53,564 nucleotides of DNA from a virus (taxonomy: Duplodnaviria; Caudoviricetes), in the IMG/VR virus record IMGVR_UViG_3300042542_001939, positions 1-53,564 of that record. The stretch is one strand, 5' to 3'. The notes under the pieces were generated by a model. The model was not told where the DNA came from and searched no databases. It saw only the letters and a program-made list of their open reading frames with translations. This document shows, piece by piece, positions 25,094-33,469 of the stretch. Numbering within the stretch: the first letter of the stretch is position 1; each line of letters begins with the position of its first letter. A program made the translations under genes and the position numbers.

Positions 25094-25439
25094 CTTTTAT
25101 CAGATAGCCCTTTGAGTAATTGGGTGGAATTGAACACTCAATCTTGCTTCCGTGCCTTTGAACTGCCTCAATCAACTGCGCTGTTGGTACGGTAATGACT
25201 ATCTCCTCCAGCACGAAAGACCAGTGACTTGCCTTGGTAGTTTGTAATCCCGATGGGTACCACTCTTTGTTGTTATCGCTCCAGCACCATACTTCGATGT
25301 AAAGGTTGCCAGTATTTTTCCAGCGCTTATCTCTTTTGACCTCAATGTTTTCCATCTTGAGAAGGTCTGCAACATAGGACTCACCCTCTTGCCCGAATCG
25401 TAAATCAATATCAAAATCCGAGCGCTTTACACCATCCAT
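25059..25439 (-). CDS. PD-(D/E)XK-like nuclease-fold protein
   Basis: DLRFGQEGE...IEVKRD...TGNLYIE...PSGL. Confidence 0.65.
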   Translation of the reverse strand: MDGVKRSDFDIDLRFGQEGESYVADLLKMENIEVKRDKRWKNTGNLYIEVWCWSDNNKEWYPSGLQTTKASHWSFVLEEIVITVPTAQLIEAVQRHGSKIECSIPPNYSKGYLIKVTDLLEVARGR

Positions 25440-27025
25440 GGGTTTGACTGTCCAATCGAAATAGGAGCGAAGGTTGGAATTACATTCTTGTTTTCATACA
25501 CTGCTAAAAGTATCGCTTCAGCACGGTCAGGAGAGGAAACGCCACGCTTTTTCATATCAGCCTTGGCTTCAATTTGTATGCGTCCTGAAGAATCAGATTT
25601 GAAAGTTGGTCCCGCTAACTGGGCTAGGACTTGCCTATCTACATCAAGGCGCAACTCTTGTTTCTCATCTCTTGGTTGCAATAGTTGGCGAGTATTCCAC
25701 CACATCTCGGCTCTTTGATTCTTAAACTTAGTTTGGTCTTTGGGCTTTTCTGCCACATTGACCCCAATAATCAGCGCTCGCATCTGACGCTCTTTGACCC
25801 ATCTATCGAGCAGAGATACAACACCCCATCCAACTCCGATGGTGTCAATCTTGACTCGTACTAAATCAGTGACACCGCGCTCTTTGTGAATTGCTACTGC
25901 CTTTTCAATTTCGGCGATGACTACTCCTGCAACATCAACAGCGTTTGCGTTTGCCTTGCCTGAACTTCGATGAATAATCGATGCCACATAGCCATCAGCC
26001 TTGGCAATAACGAACTCATCGCCACCATCGGATGCAATATCTACACCTAATCGAATAACAGGGCTTTGAACCATGTCCTCGTTTGTTGTAGCCAACTCTG
26101 CCCATGCGTAAGGGATGACCTTGCCCGTTCCTGTTTGGGTAAATCGTGCATGAACACGCGCTTCCACGAATGGAGAATCCTCGCCGAATTCACTGATTAC
26201 ATCATTGACCCAAGTTTCATCAACTAAGTGTGATGCGACTTCGTGGGCTTCTATGTGACTCGGACAAGTGCGACATTGACCTGTTGCTTCCCCAGTAAAG
26301 TTTGGTGTGTCATATGCACTGATAGGCAAAATGTTATAGAGCGGACTCGAACAGATACGCTCAAACCATGTCTGCTCTTGGTCTGTAGGTGGATTACCTA
26401 ATACGAGAAGGCGAGTGTGTCCACCTGTCATGAGCGCTTCAAGTGCGCCACCGATTTTATCTGAGATACCTCCAGCCTCATCAACCACAATTAAAAGATG
26501 AGGTGCGTGAATACCCTGAACCGCCGCCTCATTGTTATCGGCTGGTCTAAATCCGTAAGCAACGACCGTGCCGTCCATCTTCCACTCAGTCGTTAAGATT
26601 TCTCCGGGCAAGTCATGATTCATGTGAACTTTACGAATCTGCGCCCACATGATGTTTCTAACCTGCTTAAATGTTGATGCTGTAGTAATCGCAATTGCTG
26701 TACCAGGCGGATGAACTGCTATCCACCATGCAACCGCTCTTGCCGCAAGGTGCGACTTTCCGGGCGCGTGACAGGCTGGCACTACGGTTCTGCGATTATC
26801 ACGAATGGACTCAAGAATCTCTCTTTGCTTTGACCATAAGGTCTCGCCTATTCCATCTTGAATGAATCCAACTGGGTCGTTCTCCCATTGCGCCCAAGGG
26901 TTTTCAATCTCTGCATCAAGGATTACCGATAGGGCGTACTTCTCATCATCGGTGAGTGAAAGATAAATCTTTGTTCGCTCTTCAGGCGTGGCATTGAGAA
27001 CGAGGTCTACGAGCCGTTCAGCCAT
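25427..27025 (-). CDS. terL: Terminase large subunit
   Basis: Walker A variant CHAPGKS, Walker B IVVDEA, nuclease LGVDIA...SPDRAEA. Confidence 0.95.
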   Translation of the reverse strand: MAERLVDLVLNATPEERTKIYLSLTDDEKYALSVILDAEIENPWAQWENDPVGFIQDGIGETLWSKQREILESIRDNRRTVVPACHAPGKSHLAARAVAWWIAVHPPGTAIAITTASTFKQVRNIMWAQIRKVHMNHDLPGEILTTEWKMDGTVVAYGFRPADNNEAAVQGIHAPHLLIVVDEAGGISDKIGGALEALMTGGHTRLLVLGNPPTDQEQTWFERICSSPLYNILPISAYDTPNFTGEATGQCRTCPSHIEAHEVASHLVDETWVNDVISEFGEDSPFVEARVHARFTQTGTGKVIPYAWAELATTNEDMVQSPVIRLGVDIASDGGDEFVIAKADGYVASIIHRSSGKANANAVDVAGVVIAEIEKAVAIHKERGVTDLVRVKIDTIGVGWGVVSLLDRWVKERQMRALIIGVNVAEKPKDQTKFKNQRAEMWWNTRQLLQPRDEKQELRLDVDRQVLAQLAGPTFKSDSSGRIQIEAKADMKKRGVSSPDRAEAILLAVYENKNVIPTFAPISIGQSNPWMV

Positions 27026-27028
27026 GGT

Positions 27029-27538
27029 TTACTTCTTTCGAATCGCTAAGACTTTGGCAATCTTGTTTTCTAACTCGCCCATTTCAACCTGTATCTTAAT
27101 TGGCTCCCCATTGGTTCCGCCAATCTCGACCCTATCGGTACGCCCGAACTCTTCAGGCATCTGACGCTCAAGCCACCACGCAGCCGCTCTCCAGTCACCC
27201 TCGTTACCGCTCTTAGCAATGACAGCAACCTTTTTAGTGATTGCCTCGGCTTTTGCTTGCTCAACTTGCTCAAGAAATTTAAGAAATACAACTTCGGTAG
27301 GGTTTTCTTTTGCCCCTTTAATTAGTTTTAATCTCTCTCGCTCTGCCATCCCACGGTTAATCCATGAGTAAAAAGTCTGCTCGGATACTCCAGCCGTTGT
27401 CACAGCAATTCGAACAGGTGTTCCAATTCGGATGTAATCAAGCAAAGTTGTCTCCATATGAGGTTGAAGCAAAGCGGTCTTTCGTCCAGCGTTACTTTTA
27501 GGCTTTGCTGGCTCTTTCTTTTGAACTACGGCTGTCAT
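27029..27538 (-). CDS. terS: Terminase small subunit
   Basis: HTH (AGVSEQTFYSW), DWRAAAWWLER; directly upstream of terL. Confidence 0.8.
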   Translation of the reverse strand: MTAVVQKKEPAKPKSNAGRKTALLQPHMETTLLDYIRIGTPVRIAVTTAGVSEQTFYSWINRGMAERERLKLIKGAKENPTEVVFLKFLEQVEQAKAEAITKKVAVIAKSGNEGDWRAAAWWLERQMPEEFGRTDRVEIGGTNGEPIKIQVEMGELENKIAKVLAIRKK

Positions 27539-27666
27539 TAAAAATCCTGTCCTATGTACCAAAATCCAAGGTCAATCGACCATCCAAGTTTATTGAACTC
27601 AAATCCAATTCCGAACCCGCTTTTGCGTCCGTAATAGAACCAAGTCTTGCCTACTCTTTTCTCCAT
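27538..27666 (-). CDS. Small aromatic/Gly-rich peptide (42 aa), not in the ORF track
   Basis: MEKRVGKTWFYYGRKSGFGIGFEFNKLGWSIDLGFWYIGQDF; TAATG coupling. Confidence 0.55.
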   Translation of the reverse strand: MEKRVGKTWFYYGRKSGFGIGFEFNKLGWSIDLGFWYIGQDF

Positions 27667-27670
27667 TTGT

Positions 27671-28858
27671 TTATTCTACCTCAGTTGTACACGCTTCGAT
27701 TGGTAACTGTAATAATAGAGCAACATCTTTCCAGCCATAGATAGTGTTAGCCCATTCATTCAAATCCTCGGTATGAACTCTCATAGAGTGTTCGCCTACT
27801 TTGATGGTCGAGCGTCCTACTGGAATATGCCCTGGCTTCGACTTTCCCCCTGCAAGAATCTCGGCTACCTCTTCAGGGGTAAACCCTGTGCCTTTGAATG
27901 AGGTTGAGGTTAGTAGTTTATTCAACTCAGATGGGTCATAGGTTGCTAGGTCGCTAGTGCGGTTATCAACAATAAGAATCTTAATCTCTTCAACATCATC
28001 AACATCAATCCAGTGAACGGCTATCTTTTCCCACCCTAATTGAACTGAGGCTTGATAGGTATGGTTTCCTGAGAGTATGTGCTTTGTCCTTCTATTGGCA
28101 ACAATAGGTCGGTATTGACCCATATATGTCAGCGAATCAATTATTGCTCCTATGTCACCCTCTCTAGGGTTTAGTGGATGCACCATAACTTCGTTGATAG
28201 GTACGGTTTCAACATCATCTTCGTTTGTATCGTTTCTCTCACCGTTAGGTTCAGGTTCAACTGGCTTACGCTCAGGAAATCCAAGGCGCTCTTTGATTGC
28301 TTTGATGGCTTTCTGTTTTGTCGGTGCCTCGCTGTAGAGTTGTTCTTTCCATGCTTTGTAAGCATCCATCTCGACTGTAAACTTCCAAGCGCTAATCTTT
28401 ACTTCAGGGTCGCTAGGCAAAGGCTTAGAATCCCCGATTGAACTCTTATCGTTTCCATTGGTTAATCTATCTAAAGTCTCAACCTCAGATTGAGTAAATC
28501 CTGTTCCATCCAACTCAGGCAAGGCTTGAAGAAGGCTCTTTAGAAGTGGCTCGTTGTATCCCGCTAAGTCAGTCAAGCGATTATCGGCTAGAACTATTTT
28601 CTTGGCAGTCTGCTCATCCACATCAATGTAGGTAACTTTAATTTTCTTCCAGCCTATTTTTTTTGCCGCTTTGTAAGTGTGATTACCAGCCAGTATGTAA
28701 TTTGTTCCGTACTGCACCACGATAGGGCGATACTGCCCATGAATTTTTAGACTCGTGGCAATAGCATCTATGTCCCCACGCCTCGGATTGGTTGGATAAC
28801 CTTCAAGCGTGTTCAAGGCAACTGTAGCGACCTGACCTACTTTGATGTTGGCTTTCAT
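27671..28858 (-). CDS. Protein with two tandem ParB/Srx N-terminal domains
   Basis: Two copies of NPRxGDIxAI..SL...GQYRPIV...ILxGNHTY...DNR..DLA. Confidence 0.85.
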   Translation of the reverse strand: MKANIKVGQVATVALNTLEGYPTNPRRGDIDAIATSLKIHGQYRPIVVQYGTNYILAGNHTYKAAKKIGWKKIKVTYIDVDEQTAKKIVLADNRLTDLAGYNEPLLKSLLQALPELDGTGFTQSEVETLDRLTNGNDKSSIGDSKPLPSDPEVKISAWKFTVEMDAYKAWKEQLYSEAPTKQKAIKAIKERLGFPERKPVEPEPNGERNDTNEDDVETVPINEVMVHPLNPREGDIGAIIDSLTYMGQYRPIVANRRTKHILSGNHTYQASVQLGWEKIAVHWIDVDDVEEIKILIVDNRTSDLATYDPSELNKLLTSTSFKGTGFTPEEVAEILAGGKSKPGHIPVGRSTIKVGEHSMRVHTEDLNEWANTIYGWKDVALLLQLPIEACTTEVE

Positions 28859-29505
28859 TTAATAAACAACCACGCTTCAAAGTTATAGAACTTCCAAAAA
28901 CAAGCACCCTTATCAAAACCTGCTTCAACTGCCATAGCGATGTTTTCCTCGGCTGTCTTGGTTTTCATCAACGGGCGTAAATCTCGTTCTTTGCTCATTA
29001 TTTCATTCGAAGTAAAGTGCTTATTTTTGAAGTCATAGTAAGCAAAATTAAAAACATTTTCTAACTCACCGTCCTCCTCATGACACTTTTCTGCCCAAAC
29101 GAAACCGCCACCCTCTGCTAACTCTTCATACACTAAATTCAAAATAGTTTGCCTATCTCCCAGTGGGAGGAACTGCAAAGTGAAAATTGAAAGAATTAAA
29201 GATGGCGTCTTGCCAAAGTTATGAATTGAGCGTAAGTCTTTGCGAACGAACTGAACATTGTCATGGCTCTCAGGTAAAAGATTGCTTGAGATGTCAATGC
29301 CTAATTTGTCACCCTCGAAAGGTATGCTTTCAAGGAGCGCCCCTGTTGAGCATCCTAAATCAACAACTGAGTAATCTTCTTTGACAAAGAAAGTTGATAA
29401 GTCACGGATAGAATCGGCTAATAAATGGTAGTTTGGTATTGACTTGGCAATATGGTCATCAAAGTTATCTATCGTGTCAAAAGAAAATGGTTTAGTAGAA
29501 GTCAT
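28855..29505 (-). CDS. cmoA: CmoA-like carboxy-SAM synthase / SAM-dependent enzyme
   Basis: FDDHIAKSIPNY, DLGCSTG, FTLQFL, AEK, AGF, YNF match CmoA hallmarks; start at ATG 29505. Confidence 0.8.
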   Translation of the reverse strand: MTSTKPFSFDTIDNFDDHIAKSIPNYHLLADSIRDLSTFFVKEDYSVVDLGCSTGALLESIPFEGDKLGIDISSNLLPESHDNVQFVRKDLRSIHNFGKTPSLILSIFTLQFLPLGDRQTILNLVYEELAEGGGFVWAEKCHEEDGELENVFNFAYYDFKNKHFTSNEIMSKERDLRPLMKTKTAEENIAMAVEAGFDKGACFWKFYNFEAWLFIK

Positions 29506-30583
29506 GAAGTTTTCTTCCAATTGCTTCCACAACGGGGATACTGATTGTTCGTCCGCACCGCTCATATCGTTCGGCATCTGAAACCTTCTTTCCATCATCG
29601 TAGAACTCTGTCCATCCATCGGGAAAACCTTGCAATCTTTCACACTCAAGCGGTGTTAGTTTTCTTATTGAAACTGATTCTTCATCTCCGATAACAACTC
29701 CATGCCTATCTTGAGCGGTTACTGTGTACATAGGGTCGTTATCGTCTTTAATCATGCGTCCGTTTGGACTCTTATTGAATCGAGCAACATCCATAATAGG
29801 TTTTACAAAAGGAACATTGTGTCCGCCTGTACCCATATTGGCTGTGAGAGTCGGAACTCCTTTTGACTTATATGTACGGAAATAACCTCGACGCCATTGA
29901 GCCACTTCGAACTCAGGTGCATCATCCATCACATAAGGTCGAGATGCTCCCCCTTTGTAATAATGGGCATCGAGCGTTGGAGAAATGTTGGAGAAAAGCC
30001 CCTGCCTTTTTCCTTGTTTACCTTGGTACGGTTCATCATTCTCTCCACCTGTGATTCCGATAGGAAATACTTTTGGTCGGGGTTCTCCTCTAAGATGTCC
30101 GATAAGGAAAATCCTTTCTCGGTGCTGTGGGACTCCGAAATTTTGGCTGTCAAGCAACTCCCATTGACAGTCATACCCCATCCCATCCAAGACTTCCAAG
30201 ATGATTCCGAAGGTTCTTCCTCCGTCGTGATTGAGGAGTCCTTTGACATTTTCAAAGAGAAGGTACGGTATTCCTTTATCCCGAGCGAGTCGAAACATTT
30301 CAAAAGCGAGAGTGCCTCTTGTGTCCTCCAAAGAGAATCCCGTTCGTTTCCCTGCAATGCTAAAAGTGGCACAAGGAAATCCTCCAACAAGGAGGTCTGC
30401 GTTTGGAATGTCTCCAGCGGAAATAGTTCTAATGTCTCTTCCATCGGGTTGTTCTCCGAAATTTCGGGCATATATTTTCCTCGGTCTTTCTAGCCATTCG
30501 TTAGCCCATACGCACTCATGACCAGTGTTTTCAAGTCCTAAGCGAAAGGCGCCGATACCTGCAAAAAGTTCAATAAACTTCAT
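29492..30583 (-). CDS. C5-cytosine DNA methyltransferase family protein, probably a carboxymethyltransferase
   Basis: FAGIG, GFPC, ENVKG, QHRERIF, RLQGFPD; motif X reads CGRT instead of GN[AS]. Confidence 0.9.
   Translation of the reverse strand: MKFIELFAGIGAFRLGLENTGHECVWANEWLERPRKIYARNFGEQPDGRDIRTISAGDIPNADLLVGGFPCATFSIAGKRTGFSLEDTRGTLAFEMFRLARDKGIPYLLFENVKGLLNHDGGRTFGIILEVLDGMGYDCQWELLDSQNFGVPQHRERIFLIGHLRGEPRPKVFPIGITGGENDEPYQGKQGKRQGLFSNISPTLDAHYYKGGASRPYVMDDAPEFEVAQWRRGYFRTYKSKGVPTLTANMGTGGHNVPFVKPIMDVARFNKSPNGRMIKDDNDPMYTVTAQDRHGVVIGDEESVSIRKLTPLECERLQGFPDGWTEFYDDGKKVSDAERYERCGRTISIPVVEAIGRKLHDFY
29929..30471 (-). CDS. Alternative-frame ORF nested in the methyltransferase (M.EcoHK31I beta-like)
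   Basis: 180 codons open; W..WGM...G...SLSDILEENPDQKYFLS. Confidence 0.6.
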   Translation of the reverse strand: MPEISENNPMEETLELFPLETFQTQTSLLEDFLVPLLALQGNERDSLWRTQEALSLLKCFDSLGIKEYRTFSLKMSKDSSITTEEEPSESSWKSWMGWGMTVNGSCLTAKISESHSTEKGFSLSDILEENPDQKYFLSESQVERMMNRTKVNKEKGRGFSPTFLQRSMPIITKGEHLDLM

Positions 30584-30882
30584 TACAAAGTTTGTTTCGC
30601 TGGTCGCCCTCGGTATCGAATAGGTTTTCCGTTTGCATCAAAATGCGGTGTGCGGTCAATGTCATCCTTGATGATTTTGTAAATCAACTGCTCTGACACT
30701 CCCATAGATTCAGCAATCTCACGATAGGTGATGCGTTGTTTACGAAGGCGCAGAATCAACTGCTTACGACGCCTACCTAAATCTTGAATCTGTGCTTGGT
30801 GTGTGCGGATGGCATCTGTAAGGATTTTGACTTCATCAAGACCTTTGCCGTCTAACTCTGTTGCTTCCATTACTGTACTCAT
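30583..30882 (-). CDS. HTH DNA-binding protein
   Basis: ITYREIAESMGVSEQLIYKII; C-terminal GRP. Confidence 0.8.
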   Translation of the reverse strand: MSTVMEATELDGKGLDEVKILTDAIRTHQAQIQDLGRRRKQLILRLRKQRITYREIAESMGVSEQLIYKIIKDDIDRTPHFDANGKPIRYRGRPAKQTL

Positions 30883-31085
30883 TCCGTTACTCCCTCTTCG
30901 AACAGGCGTTCGACTGCTTTATCAAATTGAACTTTTTTATCGAGATTATTCGCTGTCTCTAAAAACTCAAGATGAGTCTTTGTACGCGCTTTATCGACTG
31001 CAATAAACATCGCTAGATAAAATGGGACGATAATAAATCCTGCAAAAGCAAGTGCTATCGCCGTCCAAAAAACTTCTGTGTTCAT
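30879..31085 (-). CDS. Small membrane protein
   Basis: N-terminal TM; ATGA couplings. Confidence 0.65.
   Translation of the reverse strand: MNTEVFWTAIALAFAGFIIVPFYLAMFIAVDKARTKTHLEFLETANNLDKKVQFDKAVERLFEEGVTE
30898..30913. promoter_or_regulatory. Second perfect LexA-box match
   Basis: TCGAAC-AGGC-GTTCGA, 15 nt upstream of the HTH gene start but inside a CDS. Confidence 0.45.
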
Positions 31086-31492
31086 CGTACCTCCCTCTCT
31101 TTTCTTGCTCCTCGTAGATATAAAACCAAAGAATTTTTATCATTAACAGGCGGTAGAAAAATCAACGAGCGAAGAAACTTTGAAGAATCATCAGGAAGAA
31201 CTCCTGCATCAACAAGTCCATCGATTGCCGCTTTTACCGCTGGGTTACACGCCCCTACATCTTGCAAGCGTCCGCCCTTCTGATGAGGCTCAACTGTGAC
31301 ACTGAGCCATTCCATAGTAGGAATCTTCTCACATTTAGCCAGTAGTTGAAAAGCCGTACGCCAAGTCTTTGTAAGTTCTGCTCGCTCCCATCTGTTCCCA
31401 GCGCGTTCTGCGTTGGTCGTCCATGGACGCTGTTCGAACTCAAGGCGATAGATGACCTGTTCGGCATCTTCGGCATAACATAAGCAATACAT
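31082..31492 (-). CDS. RusA-like Holliday junction resolvase
   Basis: D...KAAIDGLVDAGVLPDDS. Confidence 0.75.
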   Translation of the reverse strand: MYCLCYAEDAEQVIYRLEFEQRPWTTNAERAGNRWERAELTKTWRTAFQLLAKCEKIPTMEWLSVTVEPHQKGGRLQDVGACNPAVKAAIDGLVDAGVLPDDSSKFLRSLIFLPPVNDKNSLVLYLRGARKEREVR

Positions 31493-31495
31493 AGG

Positions 31496-31882
31496 TTAAG
31501 CATCAGAGGTGCCTTTATTTGTGTCAAGTCGTGTTTTTGTGCCGTCGTTGTAAATATTCCACCAAAGACCATCATCATCTCGAAATGGAATCAACTCAGC
31601 CGATTCAACCTTTTGAATAAGAAACCCAAGTTCCCTAGATTCTGTCCTATGGGACTCAACCCATCCATGGCATCCAGTAGTTCCTGAGCCACACAATGCA
31701 ATTAAGTTTGCAGATAAATGCAAGGCAGGATTATTTGAACCACCCATCATTCGAGGTCGTCGATGATGGACTGAGACTCCCCAAAGAAAGTCGCTTCCAC
31801 ATTTTTCACATTTGTAAAATGCTCGAGCGAGAACACCGAATCGTGTGTCATCACTAACTTTTGCAGGTCGAGACTTAACCAT
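31496..31882 (-). CDS. HNH endonuclease
   Basis: CEKC...HHRRPR..GG...NLIALC...GCHGWVESH. Confidence 0.85.
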   Translation of the reverse strand: MVKSRPAKVSDDTRFGVLARAFYKCEKCGSDFLWGVSVHHRRPRMMGGSNNPALHLSANLIALCGSGTTGCHGWVESHRTESRELGFLIQKVESAELIPFRDDDGLWWNIYNDGTKTRLDTNKGTSDA

Positions 31883-31981
31883 TGAAGTCGCGCATCCGCG
31901 AGGGTGTCCATGCAAGATTGGCATACTTTTGCGCTCGTTTGCGTCGCCACTTGTACCACCAACCGACAAACAGCCATATCT

Positions 31982-32374
31982 TCATAAGTCAGATGCCACC
32001 TCTCCATTATTAGTTTCCACTGGAGCATCTTTTCCCCTATTCAGACTTTTTCTAATTTCATCCATATATTTCGTAACAATCTCAGGAGGTGCCGCTTTTC
32101 TTTCGGCTTCAATCATCTCTTGAGAAAGGCGTTCACTTCTTTCCCGCTCTTTTGCTGATGCAACTCTAACTCTCCATTGTTTGTTTATGTGACTGGGATT
32201 CACCGCTTGGTCAGAATTAGCATAGTGAAATGACACAATTTTTTTGGCTTCAACTAGGGTCAGGTCAGAATCTAAAGATTCCGCCCATGCACGAACCTTC
32301 AATTCGTCTACTTGAACTCGAAGGTCATAAATACCTATAAAACCCAAGAGTATAGAAATATCAGATAGATTCAT
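31982..32374 (-). CDS. Replication-associated protein (helicase loader/inhibitor-like)
   Basis: D.R...V.AW...L...A...V..HY; directly follows the initiator. Confidence 0.5.
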   Translation of the reverse strand: MNLSDISILLGFIGIYDLRVQVDELKVRAWAESLDSDLTLVEAKKIVSFHYANSDQAVNPSHINKQWRVRVASAKERERSERLSQEMIEAERKAAPPEIVTKYMDEIRKSLNRGKDAPVETNNGEVASDL

Positions 32375-33077
32375 TCCTGAACTTTTCTGCCAATTCGATT
32401 GCTTTGATTGCTCCAGTCTCATGTTTCGTCTTTACTCCTACTCCCCTTAAAACTAAATCCATTTGTCGCATTGTGGGAACTGTCCCAATATAGTCAAGAG
32501 CCAACTCAATCTGCTCTTGAGTGTGACCTCTAGCCTCGGCTGCCTTAGTTATCTGAAGGAGTGAGTGCCAAGCACCTTTGCCCATAGGTTTAACTCTTTG
32601 CTTCTCCCACCATCTTCGAGCAACCTCTTCTGAAGGCGCGATAACTGCGATAGCAGTTTCGTCGCTCTTTGTTGTAGATAGGACGGATGTATAGGACGGA
32701 TGCTGCGGAGTGGAGTTGGGGAGTGAGACCTCTAAAGTTGGGGAGTGGGGGGTATCTGAGTTGGGGAGTTCGTCATCTTCAATGGGTAATGCCTCCCCAA
32801 CAGAGTTGGGTAGTTTTTTCCATAAAAGTTGATAAGTCGTAGCCTTACCTCGAGAGTTACCTTTGCTGATTATCTTGATGTGTCCCTCTTCAACCATCTG
32901 ATTGATGACTTTGCGGACATACTCAATCGAACAGCGTCCCTTCACTGCCAGCATCTTTTGAGATGCAAAAAATCGTCCATCGTCATGCGAAATATCGGCG
33001 AGCGCTAGATGAATTAAAAGTCGAGTCCCATCGTATGGCGAGTCAGACCAAACCTTTGTTATCCATCTAATGCTCAC
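32361..33077 (-). CDS. Replication initiator with N-terminal wHTH
   Basis: LIHLALAD...DG..F.SQKMLA.K.RCS...V; internal iteron repeats. Confidence 0.75.
   Translation of the reverse strand: MSIRWITKVWSDSPYDGTRLLIHLALADISHDDGRFFASQKMLAVKGRCSIEYVRKVINQMVEEGHIKIISKGNSRGKATTYQLLWKKLPNSVGEALPIEDDELPNSDTPHSPTLEVSLPNSTPQHPSYTSVLSTTKSDETAIAVIAPSEEVARRWWEKQRVKPMGKGAWHSLLQITKAAEARGHTQEQIELALDYIGTVPTMRQMDLVLRGVGVKTKHETGAIKAIELAEKFRNESI
32714..32814. repeat. Iteron-like repeats, probable replication origin
   Basis: AGTTGGGGAGT at 32714, 32736 and 32759; inverted CTCCCCAAC at 32793; variant AGTTGGGTAGT at 32804. Confidence 0.7.
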
Positions 33078-33469
33078 AAATTACCTCCGCAATGTGGGCA
33101 ACATTTATTTCGCCCTTGTTTTTCAATGACACGATTTTCTACCCAAGCAACTCCAACATAGACCTTACAGCCTTGTCGGGACTGCTTGAGCCGTGCAATG
33201 CGCCCTGCTTTATGGAGAACGGATAATACACCCGAAGCCGTGCCATGGTGAAGCCCAGTTATGTCACTGAACTCTTTCCATGTCAATCCGCTTCCGCGCA
33301 TTTGATTGATTAACTCAATTGCTTGAGCCTGACGCATTGCAGTCTTTCCTGACCTATCTGCGTCAATGGCTCGAGCCTTTGATGTATCGGTACCGCTATG
33401 CCCTGATGTCTCGTGATAGGGCAACTCAGGCATCAACAGTTGCGACTGGCTCCTCAGTGATTGTGTCAT
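33074..33469 (-). CDS. wHTH DNA-binding protein with C-terminal CxxC
   Basis: GLTWKEFSDITGLHHGTASGVLSVL; CPHCG. Confidence 0.65.
   Translation of the reverse strand: MTQSLRSQSQLLMPELPYHETSGHSGTDTSKARAIDADRSGKTAMRQAQAIELINQMRGSGLTWKEFSDITGLHHGTASGVLSVLHKAGRIARLKQSRQGCKVYVGVAWVENRVIEKQGRNKCCPHCGGNL

Noticed and set aside
27671-28858. ParB protein as evidence of plasmid partitioning
   Set aside because: No ParA and no obvious HTH; the context is DNA modification and terminase.
31747-32028. 93-aa ORF between the HNH and replication genes
   Set aside because: Mostly overlaps its neighbours in another frame. A short CxxC peptide may be real, but support was too weak to call.
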